A DNA stretch of 64,000 nucleotides from Pelomyxa schiedti (GCA_020536535.1 JAHLWZ010000844.1:1-64000), one strand, 5' to 3'; positions 1 through 11,898 are shown, counted from the stretch's first letter. Notes: generated by a model from the sequence alone, not told the origin. Numbers and translations are program-made.

Positions 1-676
1 ATAACAACAGCTTCTTGTGCAATGCAGGGAAGCAAGGCTGCTGTTTCTGGAGTCACTGCTGTGGTTGTTGTTGTATGCGTTCCCGTGCCGCTTAACTGAT
101 GGCTGGGAACGTTCTCGTGCCACTTAACTGATGGCTGAGAGCAACTTCAACTGCAACAAGTGAAGTCACTGCTGTGGTTGTTGTTGTATGCGTTTCCGTG
201 CCGCTTAACTGATGGCTGGGAACGTTCTCGTGCCGCTTCACTGATGGCTGAGAGCAACTTCAACTGCAACCAGTGCACTCAATCTCGAGTCACTTCATCT
301 GCTGGCTGTGGCTGCTTCATCTCTCGGGTTTGCGGTATTGGTCTTACCTCTTTATGACCTAATTTACTACATTCTGTTATTGGGAGAATAGTAGAATAAT
401 TTCATTGCACACCACTGTGAGATACTTCGCTGGCTGAGATACAATATTACTACTAGTCACTGGGATTTGGAGCTCTTATATTTCCGCCGTCGATTTGACT
501 CTGTCTCTGCTCTCTAATATCAACCTCTCTTGGCGGAAACTGGAGTTGTTGTGCTTGTGATGGTGTGCTGTTTTGGTGTGTTCCCTCGTGCCGCTTAACT
601 GATGGCTGGGAGGAAAACGCCACAGTGCACACTCACAAGGTAGCGTGATTGAGACGTTGTTTCGGTTGCTTCCCAT
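1..676 (-). pseudogene. Decayed remnant of a lineage-specific repeat-family gene (truncated by window start)
   Basis: Minus-strand fragments LVAVEVAL..FPAIS*AARERIQQQPQQ* carry in-frame stops and non-3n internal duplications. One copy still reads PAISEAAR (GAA) where the others have TAA. Confidence 0.4.
51..270. repeat. Nested direct repeat: two ~107-bp copies (period 113), each with two 22-bp units CGTGCCGCTTAACTGATGGCTG (period 32); a fifth unit at ~587
   Basis: Direct comparison of 51-157 with 164-270; units start at 84, 116, 197, 229 and 587. Confidence 0.9.
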
Positions 677-1128
677 ATGTTTGTAGAACTCCGGGCCACA
701 TTTGTTTGGTGGCCGCGAGACGAAATCCTCTTACGCACGACACACCCCGCACGGTGTACCCGTTGTAACTGTTCGACGTTTCAAAATGTGAATTTTTAGT
801 TGTTCTTGACTTTTCGTTCGGAAATTTGAAACTCTATTTTTTGAACAGCACAACACCTGTTGACTTGGTACTTCGGCACACCCAAATCGGTGGCGGATTT
901 GCGGCGCAGAACAGAGCAATCCCACTCCTTCGTCGGATGCACGTAGCAAATGTTGTTGTGGGCTCACCAGTTCTCGGTGCCTTTTTCAACTACATCCTGA
1001 CTTCCCAAATGTACACACATTGTTCTGGGCACTGAAGGTGAGTTTTCAGTACCCATCACAGGTATCTACCAGATCTCCCATTTGTCACCTTCTTTGTAGC
1101 CATAATAAAAAAAGTTTTGTTTTCTATT

Positions 1129-2382
1129 TCACCACAGCAATGATGATTGTTTGATCCAAAAATCTGGCTCCCAACCATTGAAAGTTGACAACGGAATATC
1201 CAAGGTTATAACGACAACACCCGACTCAATCACAAGTATCTTCCTGTCGCTTCTGTTCACTGCAAACATAAGCCCCCTTCCACAAACAACCTGATCAAAG
1301 GTGTACGCACAGTACATGGACCTCAGCGGTTTAGTTGTGTCGTTGCAGTCCCAGAGCTGGTAAGACCTGTCGTGGGCCCTCCCAGTGCAGAACACAGAGT
1401 CATTCAACTGTGACAGGTCAGAACACCCGGGGGAAACCAATTTGGCCGCCCCTGTTGCGGCCTCGATCTGAAATACAAACTTGGAGGGGGACACCGCAAT
1501 GAAAACAACAGTGCAATCGCTCTTGCGCCGAAAAACCAGTGCAGCGTCAGGCACTCGGAAGATAGTAATAGAGCCAAAAGAGTCCTGCCTTATCTTTGTG
1601 GAGGTCTGGTGCAACACTGTGAAACTCTGGGATTGGTGTGTCTTCCGAACATCAAATAGCACGAACGAGACTGTAGAGTTTTCGCTACAGCCAAATACGT
1701 ACAGGGCCTCATCGGGAACAGAATTGTTGCAGAACATCCTGACTGTGCTGCTGGGACTCTCAGGAAACGGCATAGCGACATCCACGGGAGGTGGAATGCT
1801 CTCCTTTGGCGCCCTGAATGACGTGTATTCCTCAATGCAACTGATGGATAGTGTTGCTTCTCTTTTGCTGACACCATCCGGTCCGCGACCCAACGTAACC
1901 CACCACCTTGCATTGAGGGCTCCACACCAAACCAATCCCCTGCCAATTCTCGCAGGTTCCTCCCAATCACAACAAGTACTTCCAGAATCGGTGGCGGTAG
2001 TAGTAGTAGTAGTAGTAGTAGTTGTTGTTGTTGTTCCACTTCCCGTCCTCTTCAGTTCCAACGATGTGAACCCATTCTTGTTTCTTTTCTTCTTAAAGCT
2101 TACACCAGGCGCCACCCACGCCTTTGTGCCCGAGAGATCGACACTTGTTGTGGTGCCCAGAGTGGTGCGCGACACGCCAAAGGCAAGTGAGCACGTGTCG
2201 TTCCATATGTCCTGGACGACAAGTGCGAAGTGGTCGGACACGGACACCACCCAGTCAGTCCAGAGATTACGCGCCAGCGGCGCAACTGAGCACACGTGGC
2301 GCGCTGCGCTGCGTGCGCCGCACCGCGCGTGCGACGACGTCATCAGGGCCAGGAACTGGCTCCCGGCACTGATGCCTAACAT
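1129..2382 (-). CDS. Intronless lineage-specific family protein (417 aa; SHARCGARS N-terminal motif, poly-Thr, probable beta-rich C-terminus)
   Basis: Clean ATG-to-TGA ORF. A paralogous decayed copy lies next door (2551-3281). No conserved catalytic motif recognised. Confidence 0.75.
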   Translation of the reverse strand: MLGISAGSQFLALMTSSHARCGARSAARHVCSVAPLARNLWTDWVVSVSDHFALVVQDIWNDTCSLAFGVSRTTLGTTTSVDLSGTKAWVAPGVSFKKKRNKNGFTSLELKRTGSGTTTTTTTTTTTTTATDSGSTCCDWEEPARIGRGLVWCGALNARWWVTLGRGPDGVSKREATLSISCIEEYTSFRAPKESIPPPVDVAMPFPESPSSTVRMFCNNSVPDEALYVFGCSENSTVSFVLFDVRKTHQSQSFTVLHQTSTKIRQDSFGSITIFRVPDAALVFRRKSDCTVVFIAVSPSKFVFQIEAATGAAKLVSPGCSDLSQLNDSVFCTGRAHDRSYQLWDCNDTTKPLRSMYCAYTFDQVVCGRGLMFAVNRSDRKILVIESGVVVITLDIPLSTFNGWEPDFWIKQSSLLW

Positions 2383-2421
2383 GACGCGTCAAAACCAACG
2401 AAGCTGAGTTTCGTCGAAGCT

Positions 2422-2438
2422 CCCATTGGACCAATGGG
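2422..2438. promoter_or_regulatory. Palindromic double CCAAT element CCCATTGG-A-CCAATGGG in a divergent promoter
   Basis: Perfect 8-bp inverted repeat with a 1-nt spacer, about 40 bp upstream of the ATG at 2382. Confidence 0.4.
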
Positions 2439-2550
2439 GTAGCTCGGCCAGCGGCCCCGTCCCGCGCTGGTGCCAGCCGACCGCGGCGCGCTCCTTCTCC
2501 CTCGCAGTCTCAAGCCTGACCCTGCGGCCGCGAGCCGCAGCAAAACTTGC

Positions 2551-3281
2551 ATGAGGCAGTGGGTCCCACCGGACTTGCTCCTGCACAACCAGATATATAT
2601 CTTTTGGCAGGAGGCCCTTTTGTGCTCAAGAGAGTGGTGCCGTACGAGGAGTCCGAGGGGCACGGCGAGGCACTGCCTGTTTTGGCAAGGCTGTGGCGCG
2701 GGCGCGGAGTGGTGACGGATTTAAGTGGGAAGTGGTGCATAACAAGCGGGGAGAAGGCGAGTCTGTAAGGGCACCATGGACCCACCTGTGATTGTGACTG
2801 TTCCCCCTCCCACCATCACGAGTGGAAGCGGCGACATCGTGGCCGTGTGCTTCAGCAAGACGGTTCCTGACGAGGCAGTGGTGATTCTCCGCCACGATGA
2901 CAGCCGCTTTTCTTTCACATTGGTCGATATTACACACACGGCAGAACCGGAAGCTCTGTACCGTCACTACTCCAACGGACACTGACTGGTCCCGGTACTG
3001 CCTTGCCCATAATTGCGGCCGCCCCTTCTCGTGTGACGTCGCCCTGGTCATGAAGAACTGTTGTGTGGCTTTGCCCTCTGCATAAAACTCTGCCTGAGAG
3101 TGACTCCCTCTTTAACCAGGTTGTTGGTGGGAGTGGATTCTTGCTTGCCATCAGGGGGCGGAACATGCTTGTGATTGAAGCATCATCTGGCCTCACTGTT
3201 GTAACTCTTGATCTCTCGTCTCTGCTCCAGGACTGGAAAGTACACAACTTCGTCATCAACCAACACAGCTCCCATTTGTAA
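2551..3281 (+). pseudogene. Frameshifted, internally deleted paralog of the 1129-2382 gene
   Basis: Fragments in different frames (CFSKTVPDEAVVIL..FSFTLVDITHT; FNQVVGGSGFLLAIRGRNMLVIEASSGLTVVTLDL) align with FCNNSVPDEALYVF..VSFVLFDVRKT and FDQVVCGRGLMFAVNRSDRKILVIESGVVVITLDI. There is a frameshift at the (AC)n run near 2932 and in-frame stops. Confidence 0.65.
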
Positions 3282-3375
3282 TAGTATTTGGTTTTCTGTA
3301 AGGTTTTAAACAAATTGTAAAACTAGACCACATAGCCTGGAAAAATGGTTTTTTTTTGTTTTAGGCAATAATCCC

Positions 3376-6238
3376 TTAGAAGAAACCAGAGGGGGCTTTT
3401 GGGTCATAGACTTTGAAGGATTCTATGGCTTCATATTCCGATAGTCCGAGGCTGTCAAACAGTGCCGCTGTAGAACGGTTGCGTGCTTCTGAGCGTTGCC
3501 AGAACTCGCGGGGATCACTGCCAGCAAACGGAGGTATGTCCTTTTGTGATTGGTGCTTGAAAATGCAAAGCCTCTTGTGGAAAAGCTCCTTTGGGGACAT
3601 GGGAACCGCCATGTCAATGTTCTCAGGTTCCCACTCTTGCCAGGCACCACGGTAAAGCCACACCTTGGAGGGGATAGGGGGTTAGTTGGAGAACAATTCC
3701 CGCCCAGCTGAACCTACTTGACAATTTTGAAACCAATCGGAATCTTTCACAGCGTCAATGGCAAGTAAAACAGATTTTAGACACATCCTGTGTGTTCCAT
3801 GGGGATCGGACAAATCGCCAGCGGCAAAAATCTGATTCGGGGTTTGCAAGGAAAACTGAAGGAGGCACAAGACAAACCTGGTGTGGTTTCACTTGCTCCA
3901 GCAAATCTTTGACGATTTTCACATCCTGATCAGTGATCGGGTTTTTCTTGATGGTTCCAGTCTTGTAGAACGGTAGATCCAGGAAATGTATATTTTGCTT
4001 TAACACTCCTGCATACAGTGCCGCAGCAATTGCCTCATTCCGTCTGATGAGCCCCTTTACCTTCAAGATTTTAAGATTATGAAGTTGAGACCTAAAACAC
4101 ACTGAAAGTAACTCAGGTGAGTCTAACCATCCAGTAGACGCAGACTTGCTGACAACGTGCTGCGTAAGTGCCTCAAGCATTGCCTTAGCGGAAGCCACTT
4201 GCTCCTCAGGCATTCCAAACGTTGTTGTGTAGTCTACCACAAAGCTAGCATAGCGCAAGGCATCATCATCCCATACAGCAATATTGCCTGAGGTCTGAGA
4301 ATTAATTAATTGATTTAATACTTCCACGTTCCAAAAAAATTACTTGGTACACAGTGTGGACTTCATGGCCTTGATCACAAAGCCTTATAAGTGTCCCGCC
4401 CATAGATATGACATCATCATCAGGGTGAGGGGAAAAAACAATAACACGTTTACGGGGAACATGGGCTGTATCATAGTTGGTGAGTTCGTTAGTTAGGGTA
4501 GGGTGTTGTTGAGGTCCTAAAAATATTTTAATGCATGAGTTGTACCATGGCAAGCATACCTGTGAACGATGAGTGTGGGTTGCTAGAGCGGCCTCCAGGC
4601 CACCCTGTCAACGCGTTTTGCAATTTTCGATACACCTGCAGGTTAAGCATGTGTGCAGGACCGTGTGTATCAACTAACTGGGTGAGGCTATTCTCCCTTT
4701 GTTTGTCGTTAGTTCTTTGGAGATTACTTGAAACAGGATTTACCTGTAATCATCATCCTCCAATTTCAGAATAGGTTTCTTAATTTTAAGAGACAGCCAC
4801 ACCTAATGAGGCTATTAACAAGAAAAAAGGTCACGAAATAAAGCGACAAACCACTGCTTTGCATATCATTTCGGCTGTGTAGTTGATCTGTACCAATGAA
4901 TTGGTCTGGGTAATTACCCAAGGGCATTTGAAACATGTCAATTCAGCTGCTGCCGCCAAGTCAACATAAAGCACAGTGTTTGGATGTGACTAAATGCTTC
5001 ATTAAGGGAAATGAAGGAGAAGCGGTTTTCTAAAAAAACCTTGAGCACCGCAGCAGCAAACCCCTCAGATGGTACATTCTCCACAGTTTTGGCCACAACA
5101 GAAGCAGAGCCTTCAGAAAAAGCTATTGCAATAACACGCTTTGCCCGAGCTACAGATGATATCCCCATGGTGATAGCCTTGCAATGAGTGTAATTGCTTT
5201 GTGGGTGTTTATGCCACGGGATTTATTGTGTGGGTATTGTCCCTGAAAGTTCACCTGTGAAGGGACGTTCTTAAATCCAAAAAAGTGGGCTGCAAGGCCA
5301 TGTCGGAGCTTGTTGTCCAAGTATACCAGACGGGTACGAGTTTTCACCGATGCCCCGATTTCATTAAGTCCAATGCGACCTGCTCCATCAAGTCCTATAA
5401 GTGCAAGGTCGATACCTCCTGGGGGTGATGTAAGAAGATAAAATAGAAATAGAAGGAAGTTGACCATATCTTGCAATAGTATCTTCATACTGCTTGGTGT
5501 GCCCATCGATCGATGACTGTGGTAATGAACCATCTAAAAAGAATACATTTTCCTTCTGTACGTCTACATGGTCGAGAAAGATTTCACGCAAAAGTCTTGT
5601 TATTTTGTTGCCTTAGAGACATGGCCATTCAAATGTTGCTGTACCTCTGGCAAGATTGAAGAGAATTTGACTCCATAGGATAGTATTCACAGAAGGAAAA
5701 GATAACAACATTACTAAATGAAATGGACCCTTTCTTATGCGCCTGCACTAATTCCTCCAAAACCTGCTCAAGTTAATATTCTGGAAAAAATAAGATAAAA
5801 TAAATTATAATATATACGCACAGGAGTTACGAAAGAAGACGAAGCTGTCACAGCAATGACAGCCAGCTTGGGGGCCCTCATTTTCACCAACGCGCATATC
5901 TCCTCGGTCACCTTGTGCGTCGCCCTCTCGGCCACGACGTACACGGGGCACGGCACCCCCTCCCTCGTCCTCATGTCCCGCGGCATCGCCACCTCGCCGC
6001 TGTCGCTGCACCTGCCCGGCTCGTGGCGCTCCGCCGGCGGCGGCGGGGTGCGGCACCTCGCCTCGGCCCCCGTCGTGGCCGGCGCGGCGGTCGACGGCGC
6101 CGCAGACGCCGATGTGCTGCGCGACGCCGTTGAAGACGCGCCGCTGGTCGACGGCGGGGTGCCCGTGGTCGCGTTGGGGTGGTCCGGGATTCCAGGCGAC
6201 GAAGATGTGAACGCTGGGTCGGTCTTGGATGTGTACAT
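3376..6238 (-). CDS. Glucosamine-6-phosphate deaminase-like (NagB) domain fused to a PIG-L/LmbE deacetylase domain, multi-exon
   Basis: Motifs GGIDLALIG..IGLNE..RTRLVYLD, LTGWPGGR, RVIVFSPHPDDDVISMGGT, TSGNIAV, HFLDLPFYKTG, GDLSDPHGTH, WLYRGAWQEW and KHQSQ..FWQRSEARN, joined by GT-AG introns. Confidence 0.9.
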
Positions 6239-6410
6239 CTTGGTTTTTTTCAGCTTCTGTGTTTGTTTCTTTGCCCCCTTTCTTTTTCCCCCAACGACCA
6301 TTATCACCACTTAGGAAGTGCAGGAGTGATGGCACATCTACGCATGTACACCATCCACGCAGATTTGAAACAAAAACAACAAACAAAAAATACAAACTTT
6401 CAACCGACTG

Positions 6411-6643
6411 ATGGGCAATAACACCAGCTCACCCTCGTCATCATCTGGCGGGAGCACGTCTGTAAAATCCGAGGCCACTCCTTCTGATTCAGAAAAGAAG
6501 CAACCCAAACCAGCAGCTGATGTGACCTTTCGCGAGGAGGTCTGTGATAAATAGACACCTACCTCTGCCTATTCCTTGTGGAGGCTCTTACTCCATATTC
6601 CTGCTTATGTAAAGCACCCTCCACACCTCTGGAGGGTGTTTGA
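6411..6643 (+). CDS. Putative small N-myristoylated protein (MGNNTSS...; 47 aa unspliced or ~62 aa with intron 6540-6583)
   Basis: ATG follows an A-rich leader; MGxxxS motif; divergent from the NagB-like gene; possible short intron. Confidence 0.35.
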
Positions 6644-6743
6644 CACAACAAAAGAGAAGGAAAAAAATATCAGTCTTTACTAGTTTTTCTTTTCTAACAC
6701 CAAGCAACATTAATTGTTTGGTGACGATCATAGTTTACTTACA

Positions 6744-8591
6744 TCACATTAGTTGGGTATGGTTATACTGCGGGGCGGGGTGAGGGTGCGGCGGTGTCAC
6801 TCCCAGCTCTTGAATAGAGAGAAAAGTGTTATGAAACCAGACTCAACCAGGTGCTTCATTGCTGTAGACCAGGCACTGTTGGATAAGTTTGCCGAGGATA
6901 CATTCTCAAAAAGCGTGACGATTGCCCAAATGGCGTTGCCTGATTCAGTAGGCTCAACAACTTGCGCCTTCTGAAATCGCACTCCCGTCATATGGAAGGA
7001 GCGGTGCTGCATCACTGCGTTGGAAACAACGTCTTTCGGTAGCTTGATGGACAATATACGGACGGTAACTAAGAGAAATTAAGTTGGCTTCCCCCTCCCA
7101 AGGCAACTAACCTGGTATCACGGTAATGGTATTGGAGAGAGGGTAAGACAAGTTAAAACTGCCAACCGCCATTTGGGCTATCGGTGTTGCAGCAGTTCTT
7201 TTTTCTGCAACAACTGCACAGGATCAGTGGCTGAAGTTGCCAAGTTTGACAACATACATTTTTCGATTTCCTTCTTAGCTTTGGTGTGGGGAGCCTTTGT
7301 TGGGGTCGGGGCTCCTGGACATGTTTTCTTGATGCGAGCTCTGAGGTGGAGTGGTTTGCTTGTTATTGTCAAATCTCCTATGTGTACAACAAACTGTACA
7401 GCCCCTCCAAGGTGGTCTCTGGTGCATATAAGTAAATCCCCACGAGAAGGGGAATAACCTTGAAGAGGTGCACAAGGATTGGACCATAAAGCAATACTGC
7501 TCAATTGGAGAATCGTCAACGGTGTCAGGGAAGTAGTTGTCCACCCACACCTAACGGTGTTTTAAACGGCAGATGGAAGGAGAAGCACTACTTTGAAAAC
7601 TTTCCCATTGCGGCCAGTATATTTTTTGCATTTGAAGCAATGTACCTCTATGGTGGAAAGAAAGAATTAAATTGGTATTTCTCATATGTGTAAAGCTACC
7701 AGGCTTTTGAGGCTCTGAAGTACTTGATGCCACACAAATCATATTCAATCCCGAGGTAAAAATTTGCCTGTGTGTAATGCCTGCTGCGAGACGCCACGAT
7801 TGTACAACACATATGCTTAGCTGAGAGAAATTAGTAAGATCATTAAAAAAAGAACACTAGATACTTTAAGTGGTTTTCCAAAGTAAAGTTTTGCAGCCGG
7901 TAAAGTCACACGGACGGGACTGCAGGAGTCATCCAGGGCAGGTTCAGTGAAGTCACTAAAGTGACTGGACGAAGCATCCGCACTCTGAGATGTTGCAGGG
8001 CGTGTATCTGGGCGGAGCTCAGGGGAGATTGTTTCACCCGTGGAGTTATCCTTGTACTGAGGCTGGGGAAGAATATTTGTTGGAGAACTAAGGACAGATA
8101 TGGACATTGGAGCTGAAGGTGTTTGGGATTCTCCAGGTACAAAATGTGGTTCTGCGTTTGGCATAAACTGTGGCGTGGTATTGGGCGATGTATGAGGCGG
8201 GCTCACATGTGAGACTGGTTGGGTTCGTTGGGTCTGAGTGCTATTAGTACGTGCTGTATCTACATTAGTGGCTGCAGCAGCGCGGCTGGTAGTGGTTGAT
8301 CCAAAATTTGGAATTGTGGGAACGCCGGGTGTAGGAAACGGATGGGTGAAGTTGGAAAGTCCAAATAAGTTGTTGTGGGTGTGGAAGGTATTGGCGTTGG
8401 CTGAATTGAACGATATCCCCATCATTTGGTGCATCGCGATTATTTGTTTTAGTACGTCCTCGGAAGAAGACGGCGCCGAGTCCTGCGGCGAACTCGGTTG
8501 AGTGGGTGCAGGTGACGTATGTAAATCGGAAGTATTTTGGTGTCGTTCCATTTCAGTTAGTTTCAACATCATTGTGAGGTAGTCCGACATG
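6744..8591 (-). CDS. CudA-like (amoebozoan) transcription factor, multi-exon
   Basis: S/T/P-rich N-terminus, then CxxC (VHCFKCKK) and EQYCFMVQSLCTSSR|DHLGGAVQFVVHIGDLTITSKPLHLRAR, resembling the CudA core as I recall it. Some exon edges and the 3' end are uncertain. Confidence 0.5.
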
Positions 8592-9069
8592 GTGGCCAAA
8601 GAAGTAGAATAATAAAAAAAAGTACACGACACCGCTCCGACACAGATCCACTACGTGGTGCTACACAGTACTTTTATTTTTACTTTGGATTTCTTGTGGC
8701 GGACTTCGTACACTTTTTGCAGGGAAACGGTTTTTCCGTTATTCACATTTGAACTTAGGGCCCGGCATTGCCGTGTTGGGTAGTCCTGCCTTTTGATTTT
8801 TGGAGATTTTGGCCTAACGATAAATAATTTCGTTTCCCCCAGTGGGGCTTCAAGTAACACCGGAAACATCAGGCTGCATGGTGATGCTTGGGCCTGGCAT
8901 GCCATCTGGATCTTTTTTCCCCAGTCACTACACATCACTGCACTTGCACACCATTCTGGCAAGCACCCATGGCAAATCCGATGCACCGTCGGATGGTTCT
9001 GCTTGAATGGCATAACGAGATTCGGGAGCAGCACAATTTAAAAATTGGATTTTCATCGTCGCACTTAAA

Positions 9070-10806
9070 ATGCTCTTTGATGATGCGCTCAGCAACAACG
9101 AGCGGGATCTGATATTGTCGGGGTTGCGTGGCGGTAAGAACGCTGTGGGCAGGCGTATTGACAGTCGTGGGTTGTTGGAACCGCGTCGGGCGTCTATCGC
9201 ACTGCTCGCTCGCGATAGCGACGGCTCAACCGCGTCAGAGGTGATTTTGGGATTCACGAGGTAGTGGAAATTGGTTTTCCCCTTTGTTGTTGTTTTAATT
9301 TTATTTATTTATTTATTTTTCTTTCTTTCCGCCTCCTCGTCCTTTGTCCCGTTTTGTTTTGTGTGTGTATGTTAGTTAGTTGACACTTTGTGCATTGTTT
9401 TTAATTCATTGTTGCTAATTCGCTTGGTAGGGTTGTGGCAGTTGTTAAGGGTCAGATAGTGGAACCAAGACCAGAGAGGCCCAATGAGGGGTTCCTGGTG
9501 TTTACGTTTAACTTCTCTCCCATGGCTTCCCCTGCATATGCCCTTTCGGCAAAGATGACTGCCTCTTCCAGTGCTACTGGCAACACAAATGCAATCGAAG
9601 TAGAGTTGAGAAGAGTGATAGAGAAAAGTTTGAGGAATAGCAGGGCAATTGACATGGAATCACTTTGTGTTCTGGCTGGGCATAAAGTATGGTAATGATT
9701 CCAGAATCTCCAAGTTTACAAGTTCTGAAGGTTTGGTCGATTCATGTGACTGTGCACATACTTGACCATAATGGAAATGCAATTGATTGTGCTTCAATAG
9801 CTGTACTTAGTGCACTTCTCCATTATAGGAAAAACGATGTAACTGTGACTGGAGAGGACGTAGTAGTGGTATATTGTCCAGCGGGGGAGGCTATCTATCT
9901 CACTAATTCGTCACCAGCACTCTTTTGCAGAGAGAGATCCTGTTCCTCTTATCATCCACCATCTGCCTGTTTCTACGACGTTCGCGTTTTTTGATAACGG
10001 GTAATTTCTTTTGTTTTGCTGTGCCTTACACAAACCTTCCCTGGAACAGGAAAATATGGGTCGTTGATCCTCTCAATAAAGAAGAACGAGTTGCTGAAGG
10101 TCAAATGACAATTTGTGCAAACAAATTCGGTGAAATATGTTTTGTGCAAAAAAATGGTGGTGTCCCAATAGACGTTAAGACGATATTCAGATGTACTGAG
10201 GTATCTCACTTAAATTACGTACCACCTTTGACCATCTGTAGTTTGCATTGCAGCGTGCAATTGAAATTACTGATTTAATCAACAGAACTATAGAAGGCAA
10301 CCATCCACTGGAGCCACAAGAGTAGGTCCCCCTTCCCAGTAAAAAACTTTTTCCTTAAAGAAAAACAGTGTTAATATGTCTAGCTCAGCCCCGACAGGAA
10401 CACAGGCAGCACCGCCACCCAAGCCACCCACTTCCAGCCCAACAGACGCTACTAAAGCCACTCACGAAACCCCAGCTACTTCAGCCCTAAAATCGGATAC
10501 AACCAACCAACAGGCATCAACACCCACACCCACAGCAACAAAACCAGGGAAAGCACCTCCCCCCTCAACAAATACAACCGCGGCTTCAGACTCAGTGTTT
10601 GAAGGTGGCAAATCCTCTTGGGGTAACAGTGAGCCTGGCATGGGTGTGCATCAGCCCTTGATTACAAAGTCACGCTAACTCCCCTCTAGAAGTGGACCAG
10701 GCAATACTGTCCGAGTTCAGTCAAGCAGCAGCCCGATTTTCTGCCAAGGTATTCTCTAACAAATTACTTTTGACTTGTTGCCCACCAAAAAAAAAAGAAA
10801 TCTTGA
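9070..10806 (+). CDS. RRP45: Exosome complex component RRP45 (EXOSC9), RNase PH-like, multi-exon
   Basis: SNNERDLIL, RIDSRG, PRPERPNEG, FSPMASP, SRAIDMESLCVLAGHKVWSIHV..HILDHNGN..DCAS, RDPVPLIIHHLP, VVDP..EE, NKFGEIC..K.GG. Confidence 0.93.
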
Positions 10807-10924
10807 ATAAACCCTGGTGTCTAAAAAAAAAGAAAAGAAAGAAAAAAGCAGTACACTTTTGCATCCTTTGAAAAATGGGTGTATTTAGGTACTGTACATC
10901 GTACAATACTATTTTGTTCTGATT

Positions 10925-11779
10925 CTATGATGATTTGTGCTTGCGTGCCTGTGCTGGCTTCTGCTTCGGTTTTTGCTCTTTTTGTGATGTTGTTTTGGGC
11001 TCCTCCATTTGTTTGGTTTTCTGTGTGGTGGAGGAGAGAGTGACAATGCACAGGCCAGAGAAAATGGTAACTGCCAAGATAATGCAGTACAGAGCGAAGT
11101 TGTCAATGCACAGTGTGTCTGTGATGCAGCAGTGACCTGGGGTGGCTGGGGAGTGGAAGTGGCTGAGGAACCTGGCGCAGCTGAGGCAGACCATGTGGAG
11201 GATCATCCACCTGGCCAGGCGGGTCTTGATCCGCATGGCACAGAGCGTGACAACGCATGCGGTGACGAATGCATAGAGCGCAATGGCATACTCAAACTGG
11301 CCTGTCACCTTGCAGTAAACAAAACCCGTGAGGGCCGCCACAGTGCTAGTAGGTTTTTGTCATTGAGTAATATTTCATTTGGGCACAACACAAGTAAGGA
11401 AATGTAACATATATAGGATATGGCATTGCCAACCCCAAACAGGCTCACAAACAAAACCCATAAGTGAGACCTCACACCTGGATCTGAACAAAGTCGACGG
11501 CGTGTGGGCGAGCAGGGTGGAGACCATGGCCAGGGCGACGGCCATTGCGCCGATCGTGTCCATGAACAGCGACATGGCCGCGAAGCCCCCCTCGCCCTGC
11601 GTCCCCGCGCACACGCCCAGCCCCGCCTCCAGCCCCAGCACCGCGGTCCACAGCAGGGCGGGCCCCGCGCCGCGCCGGGCCGCTCCCCCGCCCAGCGACC
11701 ACGCCGTGTAGCACACCCCGACCACCACGCTCACGCTCACGAGCACCGCGTTCCCGCCTAGTATTCCGCCGACGCTCAT
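10925..11779 (-). CDS. Multi-pass membrane protein of unknown function (about 3 exons)
   Basis: Several hydrophobic helices across exons 11477-11779 and 10925-11345, with a basic C-terminal tail. Confidence 0.6.
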
Positions 11780-11898
11780 CGATGTCGAGTGGCACTCGTC
11801 ACTGCTGCTGCTGCTCCCAGCCCCCGGAATTCGCGAGAATAAACGCTGAAGGACGAATTTCGGGGGAATTTGAATCGACGATTTGATTGAAACTGGTG

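Noticed and set aside
84-250. 22-bp repeats as a CRISPR array or attC sites (they contain GTTAAGC/GCTTAAC)
   Set aside because: Spacers are themselves duplicated and only 10 or about 59 bp long; no cas or integrase gene; eukaryotic context; better explained as duplications in a pseudogene.
84-250. TAA aligned with GAA (PAIS*AAR vs PAISEAAR) as stop-codon reassignment
   Set aside because: TAA, TAG and TGA all terminate well-supported genes in this window, and the region also has frameshifts.
680-1100. snRNA (Sm-like AATTTTTAG near 791) or small ORF 826-1035
   Set aside because: No U1/U2/U4/U5 signature, and the ORF lacks an ATG at its start and any motif.
1481-2407. Long antisense or alternative-frame ORFs (also 19324-20199, 19394-20395, 33839-34513, 50474-51319, 56522-57316)
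   Set aside because: Shadows of real GC-rich or low-complexity CDSs, with no motifs of their own.
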